64,000 nucleotides of DNA from assembly GCA_002269645.1 (NCBI GenBank), contig NIVC01000438.1, forward strand, positions 124,001 to 188,000. The letters are read 5' to 3'. Positions 25,037 through 36,970 of the stretch are shown here, piece after piece. Each line of letters begins with the position of its first letter. Positions within the stretch are counted from its first letter, which is position 1. The translations under genes were made by a program, and so were the position numbers. Under the pieces are notes generated by a model. It worked only from the letters and a program-made list of their open reading frames with translations. It was not told where the DNA came from and did no database searches. This DNA is from Macrostomum lignano (Eukaryota).

Positions 25037-28000
25037 ATGGCAGAAAAACTCTGTCCTACGGACTCAAAAACAACTGAGAAGAAGAAAGAGGAAAAAGAAG
25101 TTTTGAAGAATTTGAAACAAGAAATCCGAAGTATACGGTACAGCCACGATAGGGACTTATTCTGTGTTGCGGAAGCGAAGACTGCAGCCGTTGATGGTCA
25201 GTTTGAAGTGGTAAAGTTCTTGTTATCGCAGGTTGCTAATGAACAAGTTAGAGACCAGTGCTGCATGGAAATTGCCAGGCCTCTGGCAAGCGAAGGCGAG
25301 TTGGAAATGATGAAGTTCCTTCTGCAGAATATAATCGGACCGGACACGAAGAATCATTGCTTCGTAAAGGCTGCCGAATCGGCGTCAACTGACGGTCAAC
25401 TGCATGTTGTTGAGTTTCTGATAACGACAATTGATGATCCCATTGTGAGACAGCTTTGCAGCGTCGAGGCTACGAAATGTGCAGCGGTCTCCGGTCAGTT
25501 GGAAGTTTCAGAGTTTCTAGTGCAGTCGATTGATGACAAAAATATCCGAGACAGGTGCTGCACAGAGGCTGCCAAATTCGCTGCAAGAGAAGGTCAGTTA
25601 GACGTGTTCCAATTTCTTTATAAAGCTGTTGAAAATCAACATCTGAGAAGCGAATTTCGTCGAGATTGCGCGGTCGCGGCTAGTTCTCGTCATCAGGAAA
25701 ATGTCCTTATCTTTCTTGGCCTCGAGCCCGACTGGCTCTTCCAATCTAGCATAATCCTCAGCTTCATTGCTGCAATGGCCATTGAGGGCAGAAACTCTGT
25801 TCTGACTGTAACACTGTCTAAAATGCAGCCAGCTCAGATCGTACAGCTGCTCTGTCTCTCCATTTTTCAAAGCCATGTCGCACTAGCTCTCTCACTGGTT
25901 AATGACAAGCGATTCAGCAGACAACACGTCGATCTACCAGATAGTAGTGGAGCAACTGCTCTTATGCTGGCAGCTGATGCAGGTCATCATGAAGTCATTG
26001 AGAAACTGTTGAATCTCGGTGCGTCAGTGCGTGCTGAAGACAGCCAGGGTCGGACTGCTCTGTCACGAGCGTGCAAAGAAGGCCACGTGCGAGCTGCCAA
26101 GACTCTAGCAGACAGAGGGGCGGATGCAAGTCATCGAGACGGTCGGGGCCTGACGTGCGAGCAGCTGGCAGAACGGCACGGACACTCGCAGGTGCTGCGG
26201 CTGTTGAAGCCATCGAGTAGGACGTGAGTTTAAGATCCAATTTGTGCCAAGACTTGAAAAAGGATACGTCTAATCAAGCGCCAAAATAGAGCTAAAAGTT
26301 AAGTCGTAAAACAAGCGACTGCAACTGAAAACTTAAGATTAAAAATACATTTGAGTTCTTCCCCTTTCTCCTCCAGAGGAGGAGTTGGCGTCGTCTCTAC
26401 TTACTAATACTAAAAAGCTCAGGATCGTCAGTTGCAGCTAAATACACGAACGAGTTTAACTAAAATATCATAAAGTGGCTAGACTGAGAAACAGCTAGTA
26501 TAAACCATGGTCGAAGTGCAGATCATTTTTTGAGAATGACCAAAGACAAACCGGTAAATGTTTGATGCAATTCTGTCCCCTCGGGTGCGATCCTATGGGT
26601 GCTATTCTTCTAGATCCTTAGATCTTATCCTAATAATCCCCCCAGAGGCCAAGGGAGGGACCTGGGTTGGAATGTCTCTGTGTTTTTACCGGTAAAGCAA
26701 TCTGATGCCAGAGGCTTCGACCGATGTTTTCGACCTCTATCAATGTCGATTGCAATTGGAAAACTTTTATTACACCGAAATTCGTCGGTGTGATGTGAAA
26801 ATTCCCATTTTCTAGCGACGTTCATCGACTTCGGATACACCGGGGACGTCGGCTGACGTCGGAATGTTGCGCAGGCTAGCCAATAATTCCAAAAAGTTAT
26901 CGAACGCAATCGGTTTTGGTCTGGAGCAGTGATAAACGGGCTCCATTTCAGTGCTAACGTTGATATTTCTTTTTATTTTGAGCTGATAAAGGCAACATGG
27001 AAATTGCTGATTTCGTGCATGATGCTATCCAATTTTATTTAGCCTCCGAGATCAACGTCTGAGTGAGGAGCTGCATCGGCTGCTGTGCAAGGCAGGATTC
27101 ACCAGGAAAAGAGCGGAGTATCAGCAGGGAATGGCTAAATGGTTAGAAGCCGTAGCTCAAGTGCTGACACAGGATGGCAGGCGGATGACGGGCAGCTACG
27201 CAGAGGGCTGGGCGAACAGTCTGGTGCAAATGAACGGCAGGACAGCTGCTCACTCAGATATTGACTGGACGGTGCTGATTGCTACGCAAATATTTCATCT
27301 CGAAGGCGGCTGCGATGGAGCGTCAACATTTCAAGGCTGCAGAGATGCCACCACCAAACTGCGAGTATTAAAGGGTCACGCGCAGGTGCCCGTGGGTTCT
27401 GGTGAGTCCAGGTTTACGGTACATGTACATTAGACGTACCGAAAACCGTTCCTGACGTCTACGATAAATATGCACTTTTACATTGCATGCATTACATTAC
27501 ATCGGATGAACGTCGGCGTATAGTAAAAGCACATATTCAATAATTCTCAGTCATAAACGTCGATAGACGTCGGATTTCTGTTCAGACAGTGATCTTTTCA
27601 ATGAAGTTTTTGGTGTTGACTGGCTCGAAAAAATTAAGTCTATATATCGAAGGAATGAATCAAAGCCGGTTGTTTCATCATTTTCAATTTTAGGTAGCCA
27701 GCCATCAGTGGAAGCGAAGGCCTGCGGAATGCGCCCAGCGCAGGATCTGTGCCACGCAATGCAGTGCTGCAGCAGCTATTGTGAGGATAGAGTTCGGAGG
27801 CTGCTGAACTACAGTGTTTATAACGTGCACCTGGTGAGGGCGACAAGACCGAAAATGGAAGATGAGCTCAGAGTGAGCTTCAGCTTCCATGAGAGAAGCA
27901 TAATGAAGCGCTTATGTACAGTTCAGGGCCAGTTGTTTATGGCCATAAAGTTCATATTTAAGTTGCACCTGCCAGTCATTAAAGACGCACCCGGGCTCAA

Positions 28001-29078
28001 AACCTACCACGCCAAGACACTGCTATTCTTTATGCTGGAGAAACACGGCGTGAAAAATGCGTCAACTTGGCAACCGGAGAATCTGATCGCTCTGTTGAAA
28101 GAGTCGCTCGAAATGATGCTGAACTTCATTGACTCAAGCAGCTCACCCGATGAGTGCATGCCGCACTTCTTCATGCAAGACGCACCGCTCTACTTCAAGA
28201 ACGCTGGAATCGGCGGCGACTTCATCAACACGAAAGCGACGGTTCGAGATCGACTGAGCGAGCTGAGAAGCGACATCGACGGAGTGGTTGAGCAGATGAG
28301 AGCACTTGTGAGACCTCTTAAATCAGAAAGTTTTTACTTCCATCCGTTATCGCTGCTGCCGCTCACGACGCCACCCAGTGTTTCTCAAATCCGATCTTGT
28401 AGATATGGAAAATTTGCAGACGCATACAGCGTGGTGCACCAGTGCATTAGAGAGCTGCAATCAGAATCCAGTGAAGCCTTGATGAAGCAGCTTAGTCTTT
28501 TAAATGAGCTTCAGTGGTGCAAGCACGCCTATCTGTGCATGACCGTCATGGCGCATTTGAAGTTTGGTGAATCTGAGGAGGCTGAGAGAGTCATCAAGGA
28601 GTTGCAGAGCAGTCAAGTTCAAGCTACATGTAAAATGGACTGGTTTTTGAGGTTCTGCCTTTCCTGCTGCAATCCTCCTCGATTTCCATTTCTTCCCGAG
28701 TTCACGCAGACTCTGTTCACAGCCAGACTGTCACAACCTCGCTCCTCCCACCACCTGTACGTGAACTTCCGCTGCCTGAGCTGGAGTCTCCAAGCTGAGC
28801 TGCTCCGCAATCGCTCGCCTGCAATCGCATTCGATAATTGGAAGACAGAGTTGGAAGAAGACCCGGACTTGGAGGAGCTGCTCACTCTGGCTCACTACAG
28901 CGACTGCCGTGAGCACGTTGAGTTTTGTCTGCGACAGATGGAAACAGTGAAGGATGAGAAGTTTACTATTCTAGAAAGTCAGGACGAAGAGAAGATCAAC
29001 AAAGTCAAGGAAAAACTTAATGCGTTGGATTCCGAGGCGGCGACTGCTAGCAAATGGACACAGACAGCTTGGTTATGA
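25037..29078 (+). CDS. Ankyrin-repeat plus Mab-21/cGAS-like nucleotidyltransferase (cGLR-like) protein, ~976 aa; exons 25037-26223, 27043-27401, 27694-29078
   Basis: The junctions GAC|GTGAGT..TTTAG|C (phase 2) and TG|GTGAGT..TTTAG|GT (phase 1) give 2931 nt in frame. The protein has 5-6 degenerate 33-aa repeats and 3 canonical ANK repeats (GATALMLAA, GRTALSRAC). The NTase motif is GSYAEG...SDIDW, with a third Asp in QDLCHAMQC. The Mab-21 C-terminal lobe is LKTYHAKTLLFFMLEK...MPHFF. Confidence 0.88.
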
Positions 29079-30094
29079 AAGCGGCAACAATACATGCACA
29101 TCGCAAGTGCGTACTGAAAATGCAAAACCCGTTTGGACATGCAAACTTTTTCTTTGTCGACATTTTGAATGGTATAGCGGCTTTTTATTTTGTTAGCAAT
29201 GTAGATCATCGGATCGTAATAACTCTGCTAATTTTAAACCGATCCGATTTTAGTTTGTGACCCCTTGCATGTACAATTGTACATGTACATGTATGTATAT
29301 CGCTGCAATAAAAATTAACCATTACTACAATAATTAAAGCTTCTAATATTACCGCGGTACTGTACTTCGTAATCGTAGTACATGTCTATGTACGTATGTA
29401 CGAATCATCAATTGAATGTAATTAATAAACTGATTAGCATAATATTTTAGTTACCCGATAAATCTGTCCCTAAGGTTTCAAAGACAATTTTGTAGTTTGT
29501 TGCTTTTTACATGTACTTGAATAAATTGGCTTGTAAACCTGCTTTATTGTATATTAAATTAAAAAGTATGCACTTTAAATGTAGGAAATGCAGCAGAGCT
29601 AAATGTTACTTAGCTCTGAGCGCTAATCAACACTGCGCGTCAGTGCAGCCTTGCCAAGGAAGTACGACGTTTGCGTGCGGAAAATTTACTTGCCGAACTT
29701 TGCTTGCCGAGCTTTGCTTGCCGAATTTTGCTTGCGGAACTTTGATGTCTGCTTCCTAGAAGTTTGCAATCACAATTGCAAGGTTTTAACTTGCCGAATT
29801 ATTTTCTTGCTTGCTTGCTTGTTTTGATTGCTTGTGAAGTTGGTCAGTCAATTATTACTTAGGAGCTTAGGCCTACTATACAGATGCTTCTTTGCAAGTG
29901 GCAAGTGGATTCTTATCAGCGTCGACGTAAACTGACTTGACACTAAGCTTTCAAACTAGGCTTATAGAGTTTCATTCTAAGTATTTAGTATATATAAATG
30001 ATTAGAGATTTAGAATAGGTAGATAGGGATCGGTAACAGTATAAACTTTTGTAGTTCCTGATTTCAGCACAATTGAGCAGATATGATACTTGTA

Positions 30095-30922
30095 CGAGGG
30101 GCACTATTAAAGTTCTGAGCCTTAATATGAAAGAGAGGAGATATGGGCAAAGTGAGATCAGCTTTTCTCAACATAGTCTCCCCCAACCAAGATGCACTTA
30201 TGGCATCTTGATCGCAGCGCCTCAATGCCACTCTGGAAGAATTGCACCGAGCAGCCCTCAAACCAAGCAGTTGCAGCATCCTTCAGCGCATCATCAGTGT
30301 CAAATCGCTGTCCACGGAGCGCCCGCTTGAGATGTGGAAACAGGTGGAAGTCGCTCGGGGCCAGGTCTGGTGAATAGGCTGGGTGCGGCAGCTCTCGAAA
30401 CCCTGCGACACTGACAGCAGCCTTGGCAATCCTGCTAGTGTGGGCCGGTGCATTGTCGTGCAGCAGCACAACACCTCGGCTCAGCATCCCTCGCCTATTT
30501 TCCTTGATTGCCTCGCACAGACGGGCGATCAGGTCAGCGTAGTAGGCGCCTGTGACTGTCTGCTTGTGCGGTAGAAAGTCCAGCAGCAGCGGGCCCTTGG
30601 CATCCCAGAAGACGGTGAGCATAATCTTGCCCGCACTGCATGCAGTCCGTGCCTTCAGTGGTGCAGGTGAACCAACTGGCAGCCACTGCTTGGACTCCTG
30701 CTTGGACTCGGGATCGTGGTGATGGATCCACGTCTCATCCCCGGTCACGCAGCAGGACAGAAAGTTGGCAGGGCCCTGCAGAAAGGGCCCTGCAGGGGAA
30801 TGCAGAAAATTCTGAAAAGTTGACAATAGACTATTAACATGTGGCGCTTTTAGAGCCTAAAGTTTCAACACTTTGCCACTATAAGATCTTGGTCAGGCTC
30901 AGAACTTTAATAGTGCCCCTCG
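30095..30922 (-). mobile_element. Mariner (DD34D) element, internally deleted, 828 bp, TA target duplication
   Basis: Perfect TIR CGAGGGGCACTATTAAAGTTCTGAGCCT at both ends, flanked by TA (30093-94 and 30923-24). The CGAGGGG start resembles irritans-subfamily mariners such as Hsmar2. Confidence 0.95.
30158..30826 (-). pseudogene. Mariner transposase catalytic domain only (N-terminal DNA-binding domain deleted)
   Basis: Motifs VTGDETW, WDAKG, LHDNAPAH and YSPDLAPSDFHLF, with 34 residues between the last two Asp. There is no HTH region before the DDD domain. Confidence 0.92.
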
Positions 30923-31214
30923 TAGTGATACTAATATATAATTAGTATATAAAAATGTAAACGCACTTGGACTGGCGGATTTTCACGAGTACTAGTGTCG
31001 TGTACTTGTCATTGAGGAACGAAAGTTAAAATAGAACCGAAAGTTCCGTGGAGTTTCGAAAGCTTCTGCGTTAGGGCTTTTCAAATCCGCCATATCCTCA
31101 TACAAAATCATAACACTATAGGCGACTTTCACGAATCTCAGAAAATGAAAATTAGAAATACAAGAGCTCAAAAATAGGTTCTTTAAGGTTCCACATGAAA
31201 ATTTTGGCTGGCAA

Positions 31215-31850
31215 ACCTCGGCAAGCAAAATTCGGCAAGCAAAGTTCGGCAAGCAAAGTTCCTGCAAGCAAAGTTCCTGCAAGCAAAGTTCGGCAAGCAA
31301 AATTCCTGCAAGCAAAGTTTGGCAAGCAAAATTCGGCAAGCAAAATTCCTGCAAGCAAAGTTCGGCAAGCAAAGTTCGGCAAGCAAAATTCCTGCAAGCA
31401 AAGTTCCTGCAAGCAAAGTTCGGCAAGCAAAGTTCCTGCAAAGTTCGGCAAGCAAAATTCCTGCAAGCAAAGTTCCTGCAAGCAAAGTTCGGCAAGCAAA
31501 ATTCCTGCAAGCAAAATTCGGCAAGCAAAGTTCGGCAAGCAAAGTTCGGCAAGCAAAATTCCTGCAAGCAAAGTTCGGCAAGCAAGGTTCCTGCAAGCAA
31601 AGTTCGGCAAGCAAAATTCCTGCAAGCAAAGTTCGGCAAGCAAAATTCCTGCAAGCAAAGTTCCTGCAAGCAAAGTTCGGCAAGCAAAATTCCTGCAAGC
31701 AAAGTTCCTGCAAGCAAAGTTCCTGGAAGCAAAGTTCGGCAAGCAAAGTTCCTGCAAGCAAAGTTCGGTAAGCAAAGTTCGGCAAGAAAAATTCAACAAG
31801 AAAAATTCGGCAAGCAGACTTCGGCAACCAAATTTTCGCAAGCAAATTTT
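31215..31850. repeat. 14-15-bp tandem array (CGGCAAGCAAAGTT / CCTGCAAGCAAAATT)n, the expanded right arm of the foldback element
   Basis: Directly visible. Confidence 0.95.
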
Positions 31851-33945
31851 ATAGACCCTTGCCAAGCCTTCAAATTCCACACGTGTCTGCATCAGCTCTC
31901 ACCTCATTGGTCCCTGCTGGTCTTCACCCCAGACGGAGCTCCTGAACCCTCAACAGGTTGGGCACCAGGTGACTATATGGACACTGATGCGAATTTCTCT
32001 CTAGTTCTTCGCTGATCATAGCCTTGAGAGAGCAACTGGTGGAAAACTTCAGCTGCTGGAAATCCTCAGCTATAGTCTAGCTCTCAAGCATCCAAACATC
32101 ACCTCGACGTCGTCGGCACCTTCAAAAGATGGCATCATGTAACTACAGTAGCTATAGAGATCCTGTTGCAATATACATTTATTGGCAGATTATTGGCAGA
32201 CCTAAATTAACTGATGCGTTTCTCCAGCATTCGATCTTCATTCAGCCGTCGTCGGCACCTTCAGCAGTCGAAACCATGCATGCATGACTTGGACCGTACA
32301 CCTGAAAGATAATTTTCTAAATTTTATAGTAGCCTTATTTTTAGTTACTTTTGATCACATTTTAGCTTGATCTTCGTAAAAACTCGGTTCGATTACAATA
32401 TAATAAACTAACCACGTCGCATTAAAGTTTACATGCACCCCTAGATGACAATCTGTTCACACCCGCGTAGCAGATCTGTTTTTAACTTTCATTTCTTAAC
32501 AGATCTTAGCATCTGCTATGTCTTGTAATATCTTACCAGATGCGGCTAGTATCTGCTCACGATAAGTGCATAAATTTCTTATCCAAATGAGTGTGGAGTA
32601 TCAGGAATGTATAGAAAGAAATAATATGACAGTAACAAACATAAAAACACGCTTCAGTTAAGCTTAAAGTGTCATTAATTGCGTCAGTCATATCTGCTTT
32701 TTCATGCAAGATATGGAACAAAATATGCTGCTTCGTGTCAGATCTTACTTTACAAGGTTTGAAATTAAACATACATATGTTCAAATATATGTTGCCGAAA
32801 CAAGTTACTCACTTTTTATACATTAGATTTTCTTTTCAATAAATAAAAGGGAATAACGGTTAAAGACTTTATCGCAATGAAAAATGTTTTGTTATACCTT
32901 AGCTAGTGAAATAGGTATGAACAAAGTAATGAAAAACGTGCCTCTCCTTATCTGCAATTATTGACTTATTGTCCATCTAAAAATAGGATCAGTTGATTGA
33001 ATCTTTCGCATATATACCAAAATGTGCTTTAGATTTAATCTTTAAATCGGTAAGGATCATTAGGAATTAGGTAGAATACCTTTAAAGTTTAGAGGTTAGG
33101 TCTAACTTGTCTCTCATATATTCCATCATTCTTAGGCTAATGCAATAATAATGGCAATGTCAAAATGATGAAAAAGCCATGACAACTGACAAATTATATC
33201 AGACAACATGTCCATAGGTATAATGTTATTGTTTGAATGAAAAAATAAGGTCTTTCAACTTATAAATTATATATAATATCCAGTTATTTAGCTATTTACC
33301 TATTATTCATTAACTTCTCTACTAACCAAGGGACAGGTAGGCCATAGGGTACCCATACATAACCTATTCCCCCTTCCTATGACTCATGGGTCATGGCCAT
33401 GGGTAGGCCTACCCTATTCTATAATCAGACAATGGTACTATACACCCTATAACTGATATTGTCTGTTAGGCCTATTGAGCTATGAATAAATAGGCCCTTC
33501 CCTTACTTAGACTCTAGTTTATTCTATTTTATAAAAGGCCATACCAAGTGCAGATCTAGAAAACTTTTAAGAAAGGGGCCAAGCTATACCAAACACTACA
33601 ACCCAATATTGGAAAATAGGCCTACTTAATACTTAATAGACCTGGCATAATTATAGTTGTAGACCAAAAAAGGGCTCATGACCAAGACTGCCATACACCA
33701 AGACTGCCACAGCTCTAACTGGCTAATGGAATTGACACTGAGGTTGCCAAGACTGCCACACAAAGACTGCCATACTTGGGGGAGCTAGGGGGAGGAATTT
33801 GGCTTGCCATGTTATTGGATGATGCTGAGAAAGGGTAAGATAGAGAGAGCCAATAAGACAAGGCTACAAGAAAGAAACTAGTAAATGGGCCAAGTGGGTA
33901 AATAAGCCAGGCTCCTCATTTTTTTCATTCAATTTGAATTGTAAA

Positions 33946-34242
33946 CATACATGCGCAACAGTCGGCCAAGTCGGCCGATCCGGCCGACCGATTTGGCAGC
34001 CAACCAAGGAAGTCGCAAAAATGCCCACCCAAAAAAACGCAAAGTAGTAGTACTAAGTAGCTGACGAGGCATTTTGACTTAATAAGACAGTCATAGTTAC
34101 TCCTGCCGTTTACCCAAAGTTGCGTTAATTTTGCATTAGGGTTTTTTTACATGTAAGTCGCATTTTTGGCCAAAAACTACGTCGCATTTTTGTTAAAACT
34201 AAGTCGCATGGCCGACCGAATTTTGAAGGTTGCGCATGTATG
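33946..34242. mobile_element. hAT-family MITE, 297 bp
   Basis: Perfect 14-bp TIR CATACATGCGCAAC and perfect 8-bp TSD ATTGTAAA (33938-33945 and 34243-34250). Confidence 0.93.
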
Positions 34243-35900
34243 ATTGTAAAGGAACTATAAGATAGGCCTATGCGTATTGTTAAAATTGCCTTGGTTGACT
34301 TGCAACCATTTTGGGCCACTTATTTGCCTTATTACAAGTTATTAGTAACCAATCTTAGGATATTTCCTCTTATCTAACTCTATAACCCATCACAACCAAT
34401 ATGGCAATAGCAATGCAGGAAGATAATAGCTCCCCCTCACTTGGTCCTATACCCTAAAAAGTATGAAAAAAAATTTTTGGTTGCGGCTCTATATTTGCCA
34501 CTGGGCCATACTCTGAAAAGTGGGTGTTTCTAACTTTAAACTACATGGTTCATTGATAATTATATTATGTTTGATTTTGTTTGCTGTTATTATTAGTAAT
34601 ACACTATTTAGACAATGCTATATATAGACTATGTATATAGTATAGATAGTATACTGGTCTAATCCATAAGCTAGCTAAGTAAGATCATGGATTATAAAGA
34701 TTATCCAGAGATCTTTAAATCATGAGGTCATGATTTAAATAGAAAATGCATGTTTATAAGCATATTACCCTTAGTCCTTAAGCTTATGAAATATGCATAA
34801 TAGTAGTCATGATTATGAGTATCTTTATAAAATATTCTTCAAACTCAGTAATAATTTTTTTGATCATAATTATATTTTAATCTGAAGTCTAAACTTAAAT
34901 TTCCAGGTGCAAATTTTCTATTTAATTTAGAAAGAATATGGAAACTGGTGATCATTCAAGCCGAAGTCCAAGGGCTAAAAGGCTACGCAGACCAGCAAGC
35001 CAGGATTACTTTGGCTTGGAAAGGCAAAGGCAGCAAAATGTGTTTGTTTTGTTATGGTACAACAAAACCAATTCCTATAGTGAGGCCTTGTCTCAATAAT
35101 GTTATGTTTTCCAAGGTAAGTTATGCAAATATTTTTAATATGTTGTTAAAATGGTTATATATATGCATTTGTCTTTAGTCTGGTCCTTAAGTTTTTAAAT
35201 ATAATGGTAGCTTATAATGTAGGGCTAGGTTGTTTACTTAAATTACTTTAGACTTTGTATTCATTATTTATGTATATTTTTATGATAGTGTACCTTGGAA
35301 AATATTTTTATAGTGTTTTTGGTAATGACTTTGTGGTCAACAACATATTAATAAACACCTTGTTATTTTGCTAACAAAGGCTTGCTATGCTAGCCTTTGT
35401 CCCTTTTCTACTATTATCTTTCCATATTTGCAGTAATGGACAAGTTAGCCAGAAAAGAGCTATTTTTTGAAAATTTGGAGTTTTTTTATTATCAAGAAAG
35501 TTAGTTTCTTGAGTTTAAGTTTAAATGTTTAATGTTTTTTATTTTAAAAAAAATTATCTTTTCAAGATAACTTTTATTAACTAGTCATTGCCTATCACTG
35601 CTCAGGCTGCTATATTGAATTATAAATCACATCTCCAATGCTTAATTCTTTAACAATCATCAAGTTAAGGATTATACTAAAACTGGTAGAATATAAGTAT
35701 ATCCCAAAAGTAATAGCTTACTAAGTCTAACTGGCAATCCAATATAATTCCATTTTAGTTCTGTGTCCAAGAAAGCTGCCTGGCAATAGGTAAGCATTAG
35801 TTTTGTCTGTTAGTCACTCATTGGAATCAATAATAAAAGTGTGGTGAAGAGCCATTTTTGTATATCATTTTTAGTATTTTGAAGAAACAATGAAAATCGG

Positions 35901-36353
35901 TTGAGCCTTTTGGGAGATAACCAATTCTGTTTGCAAGCTATTTTGCGCCCTTTCATGCATCAGCACAGGCTTCACCAGCCGCTAAATATTTTAAGCAAAA
36001 ATCGTGATGGTAAAAAAAGTTGTAAGAATTCTTTCTCCAATGGAATGCAGGTGTTCCATACCTATGATAATGCTCGGAAAGGAACGTGCATCAGCTTCAT
36101 CGTGAATTATTCTAGCGAATCTGTAGGAGTCATCAAGAGCATTGATCACGGGACCCAGTCTGTCAGAATTTCTCCGATTTTATCAGTAAAAAAGAATAAT
36201 ATGTTTTGTTGTTCACGGCAGCAGTACGAAGACAGTTTTGGATGCGACGACTTTCCTGTTCCAATTGGTTTGGATTTCCTAAAGTGCTTGCTGGTGGCCG
36301 ATGATAACCAGGTCTACCTTGTGCCGATTCTGAGCTGCTGCGAACACAATTAG
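35901..36353 (+). pseudogene. Possible C-terminal fragment of a CMC/EnSpm-like transposase
   Basis: The pattern FHTYDNARKGTCISF...VGVIKSI and the terminal EHN* recall these transposases. This is recognition from memory, not a computed alignment. Confidence 0.35.
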
Positions 36354-36887
36354 GTAGCCCATTTATTTGCGCGTGTTTTTTACTTCTGTGTAAAACCAAA
36401 GTATATTTTTTCGTAATTAGTACATTAACACTATCTTGAATTTGATCCATTCGGTCTGTAATAACTTTAGATGTCAGTAAGAATCTACAGAACTTCATAC
36501 CCAACTTTGCGTCCCCCTTGGCAGGTGCACACAGTATGCATGAGCACTGCGGCGACACGGCAGCCCCAGCAGTATGAGCAACCCTAGCAGGTAAGCAGGC
36601 AGCGCGCCTACACTTTCGTGTCGTTTTTTCGTTCTCTGATTATGAGTACATTTTTATTTTGCTTACTAGATTAAATTTTGTCTATCTTCAGCCGCTCTGG
36701 GTATTACTAGTACAAGCTACAAGTGCAAAATAATATGTAGTTTAAAAACCTAATATATTGCTTACTTAGCTCTAAAATCCGAATTTCGAAGTAGAAAGTG
36801 AATAATATTAGTCTTGTCAGTGTCACAAATATCTTCATTTCCCTGCCAGATGCCCTGCGTTGCCTACTGTGCATTGGTGCTCAGCCT

Positions 36888-36970
36888 TCGGTGCCCAGCT
36901 GCCTTCGGTGCCCAGCTGCCTTTGGTGCCCAGCTGCCTTCGGTGCCCAGCTGCCTTCGGTGCCCAGCTGC
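36888..36970. repeat. 17-bp tandem repeat (GGTGCCCAGCTGCCTTC), about 5 copies
   Basis: Directly visible. Confidence 0.9.

Larger units (their letters stand above)
29658..31856. mobile_element. Foldback/MULE-like non-autonomous element with inverted arms built from 14-15-bp repeats
   Basis: The left arm (TTTGCTTGCCGAA)n at about 29670-29745 is the reverse complement of the right arm at about 31215-31850. The direct repeat CCTTGCCAA(G) lies at 29649-29658 and 31857-31866, a TSD-like 9-10 bp. Confidence 0.65.
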
